From: Candidatus Omnitrophota bacterium
Lineage (GTDB): Bacteria > Omnitrophota > Gorgyraeia > Gygaellales > Profunditerraquicolaceae
Direction of reading: 5' to 3'
Assembly (NCBI GenBank): GCA_023819035.1
Contig: JAMWCL010000002.1
Span: 1-57,336, forward strand
Length of the DNA stretch: 57,336 nt
Shown here: piece after piece, positions 1 through 12,000 of the stretch
How the letters are laid out: each line of letters begins with the position of its first letter
Numbering within the stretch: the stretch's first letter is position 1
Notes under the pieces: generated by a model
What the model was told of the DNA's origin: nothing
The model's input: the letters and a program-made list of their open reading frames with translations, nothing else
The model's database searches: none
Made by a program: the position numbers and the translations under genes

Positions 1-1
1 T

Positions 2-3000
2 TATGCTTGGAATATCCCGGTTAATTTCCAGAATATCTCAGAGACCTGTGTAATTAGATTGCGTAGTGGTAGTGTGGGTGGCGAAGGCACCGAGCTAACT
101 GCTTATTCCCCGCAATTTAAGATTCGAACAAAACTACTTCAGGTCACCTCACCGAGCTCAGGTGAGGTCTGGTATGTAGGGGATACTACCAAGAAGATTA
201 GATGGGAGGCAGAAAGTGGTAAGAAGAACGATGGAAGCTGGCCGAAGGTAAAGATAGAATACAATGTCAATGATGGAGCATTTAAACAGCTTATCCCTGG
301 TCAGGATGTAATCGTAGATTGTGTAAATGGATTAAATGAATATATCTGGACTGCCGGGGTAGCGGATGAAAAGAGTGATAAGATAAAGATAAGGATTTCC
401 TTTGTAGATTATTCCGATATAAGCATTACCTCGGATTATTTTACCATTTATCCGGTAATTAATATCCTCTCTCCCAATGCCGATTCTACAATTAAGGTTG
501 GCTCAAGCAATAACCCGGTAAGCTTCACCTATACGGGAAGCAAGATCACCTTGGTTAATGTTAGATACGATACTAATAATGGCTTAGGTGCAGATGGTCA
601 GCCTGCTACAGGAGATGAATTTGCCGGGGTAATCCAGGATAATCTTGCGGTAAGTGGTGGTTCAGCTGAGGTGATGTGGAATAGCATACCTGATGCCATC
701 TATCCTACCGCACAGATTAAGGTTAAGGTTTATGATACCCAGAATCCCAGCATCCAAGCAGAGAGCCAGGCATTTAGGATAGTGGGTAATTTAGTGCTTA
801 CTGCACCTTCTGGTCAGTCTACTAGCTGGACCGCAGGTTCTACTCAGAATATCAGCTGGAACTTCGGCGGAACCATGCGGGTAAATGTCTTTTATAATCT
901 GAATAGTGGAATAGGTAACTGGACACCTATTGCCCCGCTCTCCTACAAGGATGTCTCAGGCGTAAGCGGTTCAGCTACCCTAGCCTGGGATTTACCCTTG
1001 ATTGCTACCAATAAAGCACGTATCAAGTTGGAGGCAGAAGGCGACCCTGGGGTTTATTCCATAAGCCAGGAGGACTTTAAGATCGGTGCTAAGTTTGAGG
1101 TCTTGAATCCTGAGGATGGTGTCGCCCTTTATGTGGGTGATAATTATGAGATTACCTGGAATACCTTTGGTATCTCAGGGGTTAATTATGTAGCCATTGA
1201 ATACACCAATAATGACTCTACAGGTCAGACCTGGAATTCAATTACCACCAGTGCCCCTAACAGTGGAAGTTGGTCATGGATTGTTCCGGGAAGCTTAGCG
1301 GATTTATCTAATGATTGCCGAATCCGCATCTACCAGTATGACCCGGCTAATGAGATTGACAACACCGTAAACCTTGGAAGCGGGCTTGCCTTCCGCATCA
1401 AACCCAAGCTCATCTTTATTAATCCTAGCCCGCCTTTATCCTGGAGCATTGGTGAGCAACATCCGATTAAATTTAAGAAACGCGGTGCCATCCAGAAGGT
1501 AGATCTTTATTACTCCTACGACGGAAATCCGCTTAATTTTACCTATAAGATAAATTCCACTCCCATTGATATCTCAGGTTTAGCGGATGATACAGAATAT
1601 ACCTATGACTGGACGATTGCTGAGGATACACCTTTAACCCCAGGTTATACCGGTAAGATTAAGGTTAAGGTAAATGAGCCTGCCACCCAGACCTCGGTAG
1701 AGGCAGTACAGAGCAATACTATCGAGGTAAAAGGGCTACTTACCTTAAATACCCCCTCTGCTGAAGGGATTTCTATGGTCTATACCGGTCCAAATTATAT
1801 GATTACCTGGACACCTGTAGGTCAGATTCAGGATGTAAAGCTTTATTATTCTACCAACGGCGGTTATCAAGGGGGTGGCTCCTATCCCGAGAGTAACTTT
1901 ATCACCCAGGTGGCTAGCTCCTTAGGTCAATATTCCTGGCCAGTTCCCGATAAGATCGGGGATAACCTGCGGATTAAGGTCTGCGATGCCAATAACTGTG
2001 AAGCGGTCTATGATGAATCGGATTATCCCTTTACGATCAAAGGAAAGCTTACCCTGGATGTTCCGGATACCCAGGGGATTATCTGGGAGGTAAATACCAC
2101 CCAACAGATCAAATGGACCCCCACCGGCACCTGGTCATCCGTAGAGATTCATTATGATACCGATGGGGATTTTTCCGACGGACAGAATACCTTTCCTTTT
2201 AAATCGACCGGTGCACTTACCCCTAATGATGGAATAGAGGACTGGATTGTTCCCGATAAGATTAGCAGTAATGTAAAGATAAGGATAAGGGATCCCGATC
2301 ATCCTGATGTGCAGGCGATCTCAAGCTATCCTTTTAGCATTGTGGGAAAGATTAACTCAGTCACCTCACCGAGCTCAGGTGAGGTCTGGTATGTAGGGGA
2401 TACTACCAAGAAGATTAGATGGGAGGCAGAAAGTGGTAAGAAGAACGATGGAAGCTGGCCGAAGGTAAAGATAGAATACAATGTCAATGATGGAGCATTT
2501 AAACAGCTTATCCCTGGTCAGGATGTAATCGTAGATTGTGTAAATGGATTAAATGAATATATCTGGACTGCCGGGGTAGCGGATGAAAAGAGTGATAAGA
2601 TAAAGATAAGGATTTCCTTTGTAGATTATTCCGATATAAGCATTACCTCGGATTATTTTACCATTTATCCGGTAATTAATATCCTCTCTCCCAATGCCGA
2701 TTCTACAATTAAGGTTGGCTCAAGCAATAACCCGGTAAGCTTCACCTATACGGGAAGCAAGATCACCTTGGTTAATGTTAGATACGATACTAATAATGGC
2801 TTAGGTGCAGATGGTCAGCCTGCTACAGGAGATGAATTTGCCGGGGTAATCCAGGATAATCTTGCGGTAAGTGGTGGTTCAGCTGAGGTGATGTGGAATA
2901 GCATACCTGATGCCATCTATCCTACCGCACAGATTAAGGTTAAGGTTTATGATACCCAGAATCCCAGCATCCAAGCAGAGAGCCAGGCATTTAGGATAGT

Positions 3001-6000
3001 GGGTAATTTAGTGCTTACTGCACCTTCTGGTCAGTCTACTAGCTGGACCGCAGGTTCTACTCAGAATATCAGCTGGAACTTCGGCGGAACCATGCGGGTA
3101 AATGTCTTTTATAATCTGAATAGTGGAATAGGTAACTGGACACCTATTGCCCCGCTCTCCTACAAGGATGTCTCAGGCGTAAGCGGTTCAGCTACCCTAG
3201 CCTGGGATTTACCCTTGATTGCTACCAATAAAGCACGTATCAAGTTGGAGGCAGAAGGCGACCCTGGGGTTTATTCCATAAGCCAGGAGGACTTTAAGAT
3301 CGGTGCTAAGTTTGAGGTCTTGAATCCTGAGGATGGTGTCGCCCTTTATGTGGGTGATAATTATGAGATTACCTGGAATACCTTTGGTATCTCAGGGGTT
3401 AATTATGTAGCCATTGAATACACCAATAATGACTCTACAGGTCAGACCTGGAATTCAATTACCACCAGTGCCCCTAACAGTGGAAGTTGGTCATGGATTG
3501 TTCCGGGAAGCTTAGCGGATTTATCTAATGATTGCCGAATCCGCATCTACCAGTATGACCCGGCTAATGAGATTGACAACACCGTAAACCTTGGAAGCGG
3601 GCTTGCCTTCCGCATCAAACCCAAGCTCATCTTTATTAATCCTAGCCCGCCTTTATCCTGGAGCATTGGTGAGCAACATCCGATTAAATTTAAGAAACGC
3701 GGTGCCATCCAGAAGGTAGATCTTTATTACTCCTACGACGGAAATCCGCTTAATTTTACCTATAAGATAAATTCCACTCCCATTGATATCTCAGGTTTAG
3801 CGGATGATACAGAATATACCTATGACTGGACGATTGCTGAGGATACACCTTTAACCCCAGGTTATACCGGTAAGATTAAGGTTAAGGTAAATGAGCCTGC
3901 CACCCAGACCTCGGTAGAGGCAGTACAGAGCAATACTATCGAGGTAAAAGGGCTACTTACCTTAAATACCCCCTCTGCTGAAGGGATTTCTATGGTCTAT
4001 ACCGGTCCAAATTATATGATTACCTGGACACCTGTAGGTCAGATTCAGGATGTAAAGCTTTATTATTCTACCAACGGCGGTTATCAAGGGGGTGGCTCCT
4101 ATCCCGAGAGTAACTTTATCACCCAGGTGGCTAGCTCCTTAGGTCAATATTCCTGGCCAGTTCCCGATAAGATCGGGGATAACCTGCGGATTAAGGTCTG
4201 CGATGCCAATAACTGTGAAGCGGTCTATGATGAATCGGATTATCCCTTTACGATCAAAGGAAAGCTTACCCTGGATGTTCCGGATACCCAGGGGATTATC
4301 TGGGAGGTAAATACCACCCAACAGATCAAATGGACCCCCACCGGCACCTGGTCATCCGTAGAGATTCATTATGATACCGATGGGGATTTTTCCGACGGAC
4401 AGAATACCTTTCCTTTTAAATCGACCGGTGCACTTACCCCTAATGATGGAATAGAGGACTGGATTGTTCCCGATAAGATTAGCAGTAATGTAAAGATAAG
4501 GATAAGGGATCCCGATCATCCTGATGTGCAGGCGATCTCAAGCTATCCTTTTAGCATTGTGGGAAAGATTAACTCAGTCACCTCACCGAGCTCAGGTGAG
4601 GTCTGGTATGTAGGGGATGAGAATAAGGAGATCCGATGGGATGCTACGGGAACCGTAACCCATGTGGATATTGCCTATAAAACCTCCCTAGGCGGAGCTT
4701 ATAACACTATCGTGGCAGGTGACCCTGGTCACAGCGCAGGTGCTAATTCCTATAGCTGGCCTGTGGTGGGAGATATCAAAAGCGAAACCGTCTACATCCG
4801 TGTCTGTCCCGCAGGCACAGAGGAAAGATGTGCAGAATCTGCTGAATTTAAGATTAGACCCAAGATTACTGTCACTATTAATGACGCAGATGGCCGGCTC
4901 CCAGTTGGCTCTTATATAGATACCCCATTAATTAAATGGACCTGCTCTAGCCAATCCCAAACCCCGAGCGTTAATGTGCTTTATGACCTTTATAATGGAA
5001 ATGGACCCGATGGTCTTCCTAATACAAATGATGAATATCAAGGGGTAATTGCTAACCTGGTACCGGTAGGAGCAGGAAGCACGGGTATTCCTTGGTACAA
5101 CGATGGTCAGGGTGTACCTGATGAAATGACCTCTCAACCGACCTTAAAGATTAAGGTAGTAGATAGCAGTTCACCGAGCGTATTTGGTTTATCTAATGTT
5201 CCTTTAAAGATTGTGGGTGATTTAACCTTACTTAAACCTACCACGGGTGGAGCGGAGAATGGTGAGTATCTTAAGGTAGGTCAAGACTTTCTTATTCAAT
5301 GGGCAAAGAAAGGAACTGCTCTAACCCAGGTGACCTTATGGTATTCGGATGATGGTGGTCAGGATGGATTTGTGCATCCAATTCTTCCTTTAGGAACAGA
5401 ATATATTCCTGCTGGCTCAACCGGTGGGCAATATACCTGGGTGAATATTCCTAATACTACTTCCAATAATGTGATTGTACGCATATCTGATTATAATGAC
5501 CCAGAGACCAAGGCATTCTCACCGGCTATACATATCCAGTCTATTTTAGATATTAGAACCCCGGATGGAGGCGAGACCTGGGCAGCGGGAGATGATCGGG
5601 AGATTATCTGGACAGTCTCAGGTAAGACCCGTTATGTTAAATTACAATATGCAATTAATGGCGGTGGTGCAAATGATACCTGGTACGATATCGCAGAGCA
5701 TGATAACCAGAATACCTGGACAGCACCACCTGATCCACCCGCAGAGTTTAGTTATTTATGGATGAATATCCCTGAACAGGCAGTTTCTAACAATGTAAAG
5801 ATTAGGGTAATAGATAAGGCAGATGAGGAGAACTGGAATGAATCAGCCAGTGTATTCAGGATTAGACCTTCAGTGACGGTAATCTCTCCTAATGGAAACG
5901 AAGAATGGCTGGTGGGTTCAACTCAATATATAAAGTGGTCGCTTAAAGGTACGGTAAATGTGGTTGATGTATTATATTCGGTAGATGGAGGAAATTATAA

Positions 6001-9000
6001 CTATATCTTATACCAAGGTCAGCCTGCAGATAATATCCCTGCCTCTTTAGGAGGCGGAGAGGGGCTTGCCTGGGAGATTCCTAATGAGGTTTCTTCTCAG
6101 GTAAGGATAAAGATAATTGGAGATAATGATGTAACAATAGTAGATACCTCCGATACTAATTTTAAGATTGTTGGTCAAATAAACTTTAGTCCAGCGGTCC
6201 CTGCTCCGGGTGATGAGGTTTGGTATGTGGGCACAAATAAGACAGTAGGTTTTACAAAATTAGGCCAGATTCCTACCCTAAAATTACAATATTGTACCAA
6301 TGATATCTGCACAGGTGAGGGTGATTGGACAACTATTCCGGGAGCAGAAAATATTACCGAACTCAGTCATCAATTTGTTATCCCTGATGCTCTCGGTCAG
6401 GGGGTAAGGATACGCGCAGCAAGTGCGGATCCTAATCGTCCGGCTATTCCCGCGGTCTCCGGGTCGATAGAGATTGCGGATATTATCACGATTATCTCGC
6501 CCAGCGGTGATGAACGCTGGCCAGTAGGCACCACCCAGGCGATTGAATGGAAGACCAATGGAAGCTTAGCCAATGTGAAGATTGAGTATTCTTTAGATGG
6601 GACTACACAGCCCATCGAATGGGTAAGCCCACCGATTACTAACTCTACCCCTTCTAATTCGCAAGGCCAAATCATTACCTTTAACTGGCCTATCTCTGCA
6701 GGTGCTACTACTACCAGTAAAGCAGTAATTAGAATTAGTGATGCTAATCCCAATACTGGAACCCAATCAGCAATCTCTAATCTCTTTAGAATTGTAGGAA
6801 GTTTTATCTTTACCTCACCCACCTCCAGTTCAGTATGGCCGGTGACCCAGGGTTATATCAATAATCCACCCCAGACGATCTCCTGGACAACCAACGGCGT
6901 TATTCCTTTGGTGAATTTATGGTATTATTCTACTTCTGGACCTCAACCGGGAACATTTGTAAAGATTAATGATCAACCTATAAATGTGCAGGGAACAAGT
7001 GGAAGTTATCTCTGGAATGTTCCTGATGCTATTTCTAATGCGGTAAGACTGCGCATTGAAGATGCCACCGATCCTTATATTGATGAGGAACATCCTGGAA
7101 CCTCCCAAGTTTCCTCCACATTTACTATCTGTGGAGCATTACAGTTAATCTCGCCATTGGCAGGAACGGTACTTAAGGTTGCTCCTTCTCCTTTAACCCC
7201 GAATACTATATCTTGGAATTATAATGGTAGTTTAGGAAATCTAAATATCTTTTATTCCTTAGATGGTTGTAATGGTCCCTGGAGTCAGATTAATGCTTCA
7301 CCGGTTCCTTCAGTAGACCGTTCTTATTATTGGCAGACACCAGAAAATATTATGACCCCCAATGCCTGTATCAAGGTAGAAAATACAGAGAGTGGTTCAC
7401 TTTATGTAAAAAGTGATTCGGGAGGTGGCTTTAACATTGTGGCACGCATTGAGATAGATGAGCCTGACGCGGGAGATACTATCTTAGCGGGAGAGGATTA
7501 TGAGATTAGATGGAATAAGTGGGGAAGCGGTTGCCAATATGTAAAGATAGAGCTTTCTACCGACGGAATAAATTATGATAAAATAATTACGGAAAGCACA
7601 GGTGCAGATGTAGGTGCGTTTCTTTGGCTTAAGGATGCCCTGGTAAATGCCTCAGATAATATTACCAAGACCGCGCGCATCCGTATCTCTGATACAAATG
7701 CCGAGCTTCCCTCAAGTGCGGAATCGGGTCTATTTACCATCCAGGCACAATTTAGCTTTAATCCGATAGTTTTACCTTTAGAGGTAGGTAGCCAATATGA
7801 TATCGTCTGGACAAAGAAGGGAAATATCCCTTATGTGCTTTTACAGTACTCTACGGATAATTTTGAGGATGATAAGCGCAATGCGGTCACTAATATTAAT
7901 GGGGATACAACTACCTTAGTTCCTAATGTAGGTGGGCAGAATGATCCACCTTCTCGTGCAAGATATACCTGGACGGTTCCTGATATAATCGATCCTATGG
8001 ATATTAAAGGAATCCATCTCATTGGTGCAGACCAGGTAAAACTGCGTGTCTCCGATCCTAACAATTCCAATGCAGTAGCGGTTTCTAATGAATTTAAGAT
8101 CATTCCTAAGTTTAAGGTTACCTCTCCTGATGGAAATGCTGATCCTAATCTTACTGAGAGATTAAAGGTCGGTCTTCCTTATGAGATCACCTGGACATGT
8201 AGTTCAGACCAAACCAATGTTCCTTATGTAAGGATCCTTTATTCTACCACCGGAGGTCCTCCTTATGATAAGTTAATTACCTCTTCTACTGCAAACGACG
8301 GTTCCTATGCCTGGATTACTGCTAATGGCGGTGTGCCTAATGATATCTCAACCCAGGTCAGGATTCGTATTGAGGATGCTACGGACAGGGCTTATACCGC
8401 CTATGATGAATCCGATAATAACTTTAAGATTATTTCTAACTTTACCTTAAATACACCCAATGGCAATGCGGTCTATGAGGTGGGAAGACCTTGGACTATC
8501 TCTTGGTCGAATAAAGGCACAGTCAATAATGTGGAATTATCCTATTCTATTAACGGAGAAGATTTTAGTGATCCTATAATTATTGCCTCCTCCGTAGCTA
8601 ATAATCCCGATCCCATAAATGGCGGAGGAAGTTATGAGACAGTGGTGCCTAATGGAATAAGTTATAATGTGCGTGTACGGGTACGCAGTCTTACTGACGA
8701 TGGTTATGATATCTCGGATAATAATTTTAGAATCCGCGGTAGGATTGAGGATGTGGTAGTAAATAACAACCAGCCGGTTCCCATCCATCAGGATGTTCCG
8801 ATTACCTGGACTACTTATGGAACCGTTCCTTATGTAGATATTCTTTATGATCTTTATGATGGCAAGGGTTGTGATGGGACTGAAGGAACACAGGATGATT
8901 ACTGGAATCCTGGTCCGGATAAGGTTTGCGGAACCTCAGATGATTATCTAAATGTGATTGCCCTTAATCTACCCAATTGTATACCTCAGGCACCTGCCTT

Positions 9001-12000
9001 AAGCTGTAATGGGTCAGCTACCTGGACCTATGTTCCTGATGAACCCACTCCTTTGGGAAGAATTAAGATTTCTGATTCGCGTACCAATCCTGATAATACT
9101 GATGTAAAAGGGATCTCCCCAAGATTTAATATCATCGGTAATTTCACCATAATTTCACCCAATGGTAACGAAGATTTAAGGGTAGGAACCCAACATAATA
9201 TTACCTGGAGATGGGGTGGAACGATCCCTCAGGTAAGACTATTCTATACTAAAAACCCATCCCCTAATCCAGAAGATGTTCCGGAAAATGATTGGATTGA
9301 GATTGATCCTGAGGTAATTAAAGATTATAGCAATGATGGAAAGGGTGATGGTAGCGGTGACGCAGAACGTAGTTATCTTTGGACCGTACCCGATGATATT
9401 GCCCCTAAGGTAAGGATTAAGATTCAGGATTATAACGATCCGACAGTAAGGGATTACTCTGATAACTTCTTTAAGATTAGAGGTGCATTTACCTTAATTT
9501 CACCTAATGGCCATCCTGAGATTAACTTAGCGGAACGTTGGGTAACCAATGAGAAACACAATATTAGCTGGATAACCTACGGAACCATTCCTTATGTAAG
9601 ATTACAATACTCCAATGATGACTTTATCTCGGATATCCATGAGATAATTCCTGAGCCACCTTATACGGTGGCTAACTGTTTACCGCAAGCACCGGAATTG
9701 ACCTGCACTGGCTCTTATCAATGGACTATCCCCAACGCGGTTTTAAAGGATGATAAAGGTATGTATCTTAATTATAATGCAGTAAAGGTCCGCATTATTG
9801 ATCCTAATGACCCGCCTACCCAGGATGATCCAGGGGTAGCGGATGTCTCAGATAACAATTTTAAGATCGACCATTATAAGATTACCTGGAAGCTCTATGA
9901 TTTAACTACTGGTGAACCATTGACTAATTTATCTTATACTGAAAAGATTACCGGTACAGACATTGTGAATCGTACAGGTGGAGGTCTTACTACCCCGGTG
10001 ATCTTACCCACTACCTATGGAACCTGGACGACTACCTGGATTGCTTCCGGCTATGGTGAAAAGGGTCAGAACTTTGTTGCGGATAGTGACCAGAGCTTTA
10101 CCTTATTCCTGGAGACTACAGTAATTCATATCTGGCGGGCATATTCCGAATTTGCCTATCAACCTCCTGAGACTGAACCACCTACCCCGGATATCTTAAA
10201 TATAAGCTCCTGGTTAGAAAGGGATGGCGCGGTAGTCTCCGGTGCCGTAGTTCCCGATGTTTATCTCTACGATGGGTTAAGCTTAATAAAGAGATTAACC
10301 GCGATAAAGAACGAAGATGACCCTCAGCCCGGTAAGATTACCATCTATTACTGCCAGGATATTCCTTTAGGCGCAGTAGAGATCTGGGTCGGTCAAAGAG
10401 AAGACGGTACTGAGCGCACTGTTCAGGATATTGTTAATGAGGTAGCTCCTTGGATAGTGTCTCAGGAGACAATAAATGAGAGCGCCTTTACTGGATTCTT
10501 TAAACAGACCTGGACAGACACACCTCTAGAATCAGGAAAGGTCTATAATACCATTACTGATATAATGAATAAGAGTGGCGCTCATTTTAGAACCCCAGGT
10601 TCCTTTGAGATAACCGCTGCCAAGAGCCTACAAGAGATGCAGGCAACCGTAAACTCTGTGCTTAATAAACCGATTAGCGAGGTAAGCCAAGAGCTACAAG
10701 AGGCATTAAATACCCAGACCCAGCTAATTAATCAGATGATGACGGAGCAGACCAACATCATTACCCAGAAGACTAATGAAATGCAGGAGACGATAAATAC
10801 AACCATGGAAAGGTTTGAGAATACTACGCGGGAATCCTTGGATCTGTTAGCCTCAGGTGCAAAACAGGCAGTAGAAGCAGGTCAGACCTTGGAATACACC
10901 GCGTTAAAATATTCCTGGAAAGCAACCGTCTCACCCGATCCTGCCTTAGTCAACGATATGATTACCTTACAATGCCAAGGTCAACCCGGAAAGACACCCT
11001 TCTTAACTATTTATAGCTGGGATAACAAATATATTGTGCGCGATGTTCCTTTGAAGGAATCTAGCACCCCTGGTCTTTATATTTATGAGTTTAAAGCAGA
11101 CTCGCGTTTTACCCCTGGTAAAGCCTATACCTACACTATTATTGAGTATGATACCGATGGTTTTGTTACTGGTTCAGGTATGGTAGAAAGTATGTCGATT
11201 ACCACGGTAGCCGGTCTTGCTTCAGCTGCTCCTGAGGCGGAACGCGCAGCTAAAAATGCCTTAGAGGCAATTAAAGCGGTGGAGGCGGTCCTGGCTTCTG
11301 CAGATACAGCAAATGTGGCGTTAACCTTAAGAAATCTTAAAGATTCTATTGAGGCTTTACCAGCAGTTCTTATGCGCGAAGGTCCCACTGCCCGGATTGT
11401 TGAGGCGGTTAATAATATCAGTGAAAGACTAAATGTGATCTTAGGAGAAGAGGGTCTTGATTTAAGTACATTGTTAGAAGAGGCATTAAGCGAATCACCT
11501 ACCCTTAAAGAGATCCGCAAGAAGACCGACACCATAAGTATGATTATTGATTTACTTTTACAGATTGTAGAAGGGAAATTAGGTGGTTTAGATACTCCGG
11601 TGGTTTCTACCTCCCTTATTGCTGGCAGTGTAAGGTTTCGCATTGTGGCGGTTAACCCCTCTACCATTAAAACACATAAGGTTCAGATAAAGAATTATTT
11701 ACCTTTAGAGGTAAAGCCCAAGGATATTTTAGATTTAGGAGGTTTAGAATTAGAATACGATTCCGCAAAAGGAATATATTACTTATATAAACCTGATTTA
11801 GAATTAGCACCTAAAGAGGTGCGTATCTTTGAGGTAGAGGTGGAGGATATCTGGACGATCCCTGAATCTAAGATTAATGAATTAAAGAAGCATACCACGG
11901 ATATCCTTAAGCTTCTGGAGAAAACCAATTATTTTGCGGAAGCAAAGGCTGTCTCCGACAGTATCTATCGCAGTTTAGATGAGATTATAAAATCTCAGAA

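Noticed and set aside
1922-4321. Identical 60-aa antisense ORFs (1922-2104 and 4139-4321) inside the giant gene
   Set aside because: They are shadow ORFs on the opposite strand of a strongly supported CDS. Their identity is simply a consequence of the 2,217-bp duplication. They have no SD and no recognisable motif.
143-4618. The long repeats read as a CRISPR array, an IS element or another mobile element
   Set aside because: The repeat unit is 2,217 bp, is coding and is in frame. There is no short repeat-spacer periodicity, no inverted terminal repeats, and no transposase, integrase or cas genes anywhere in the window.
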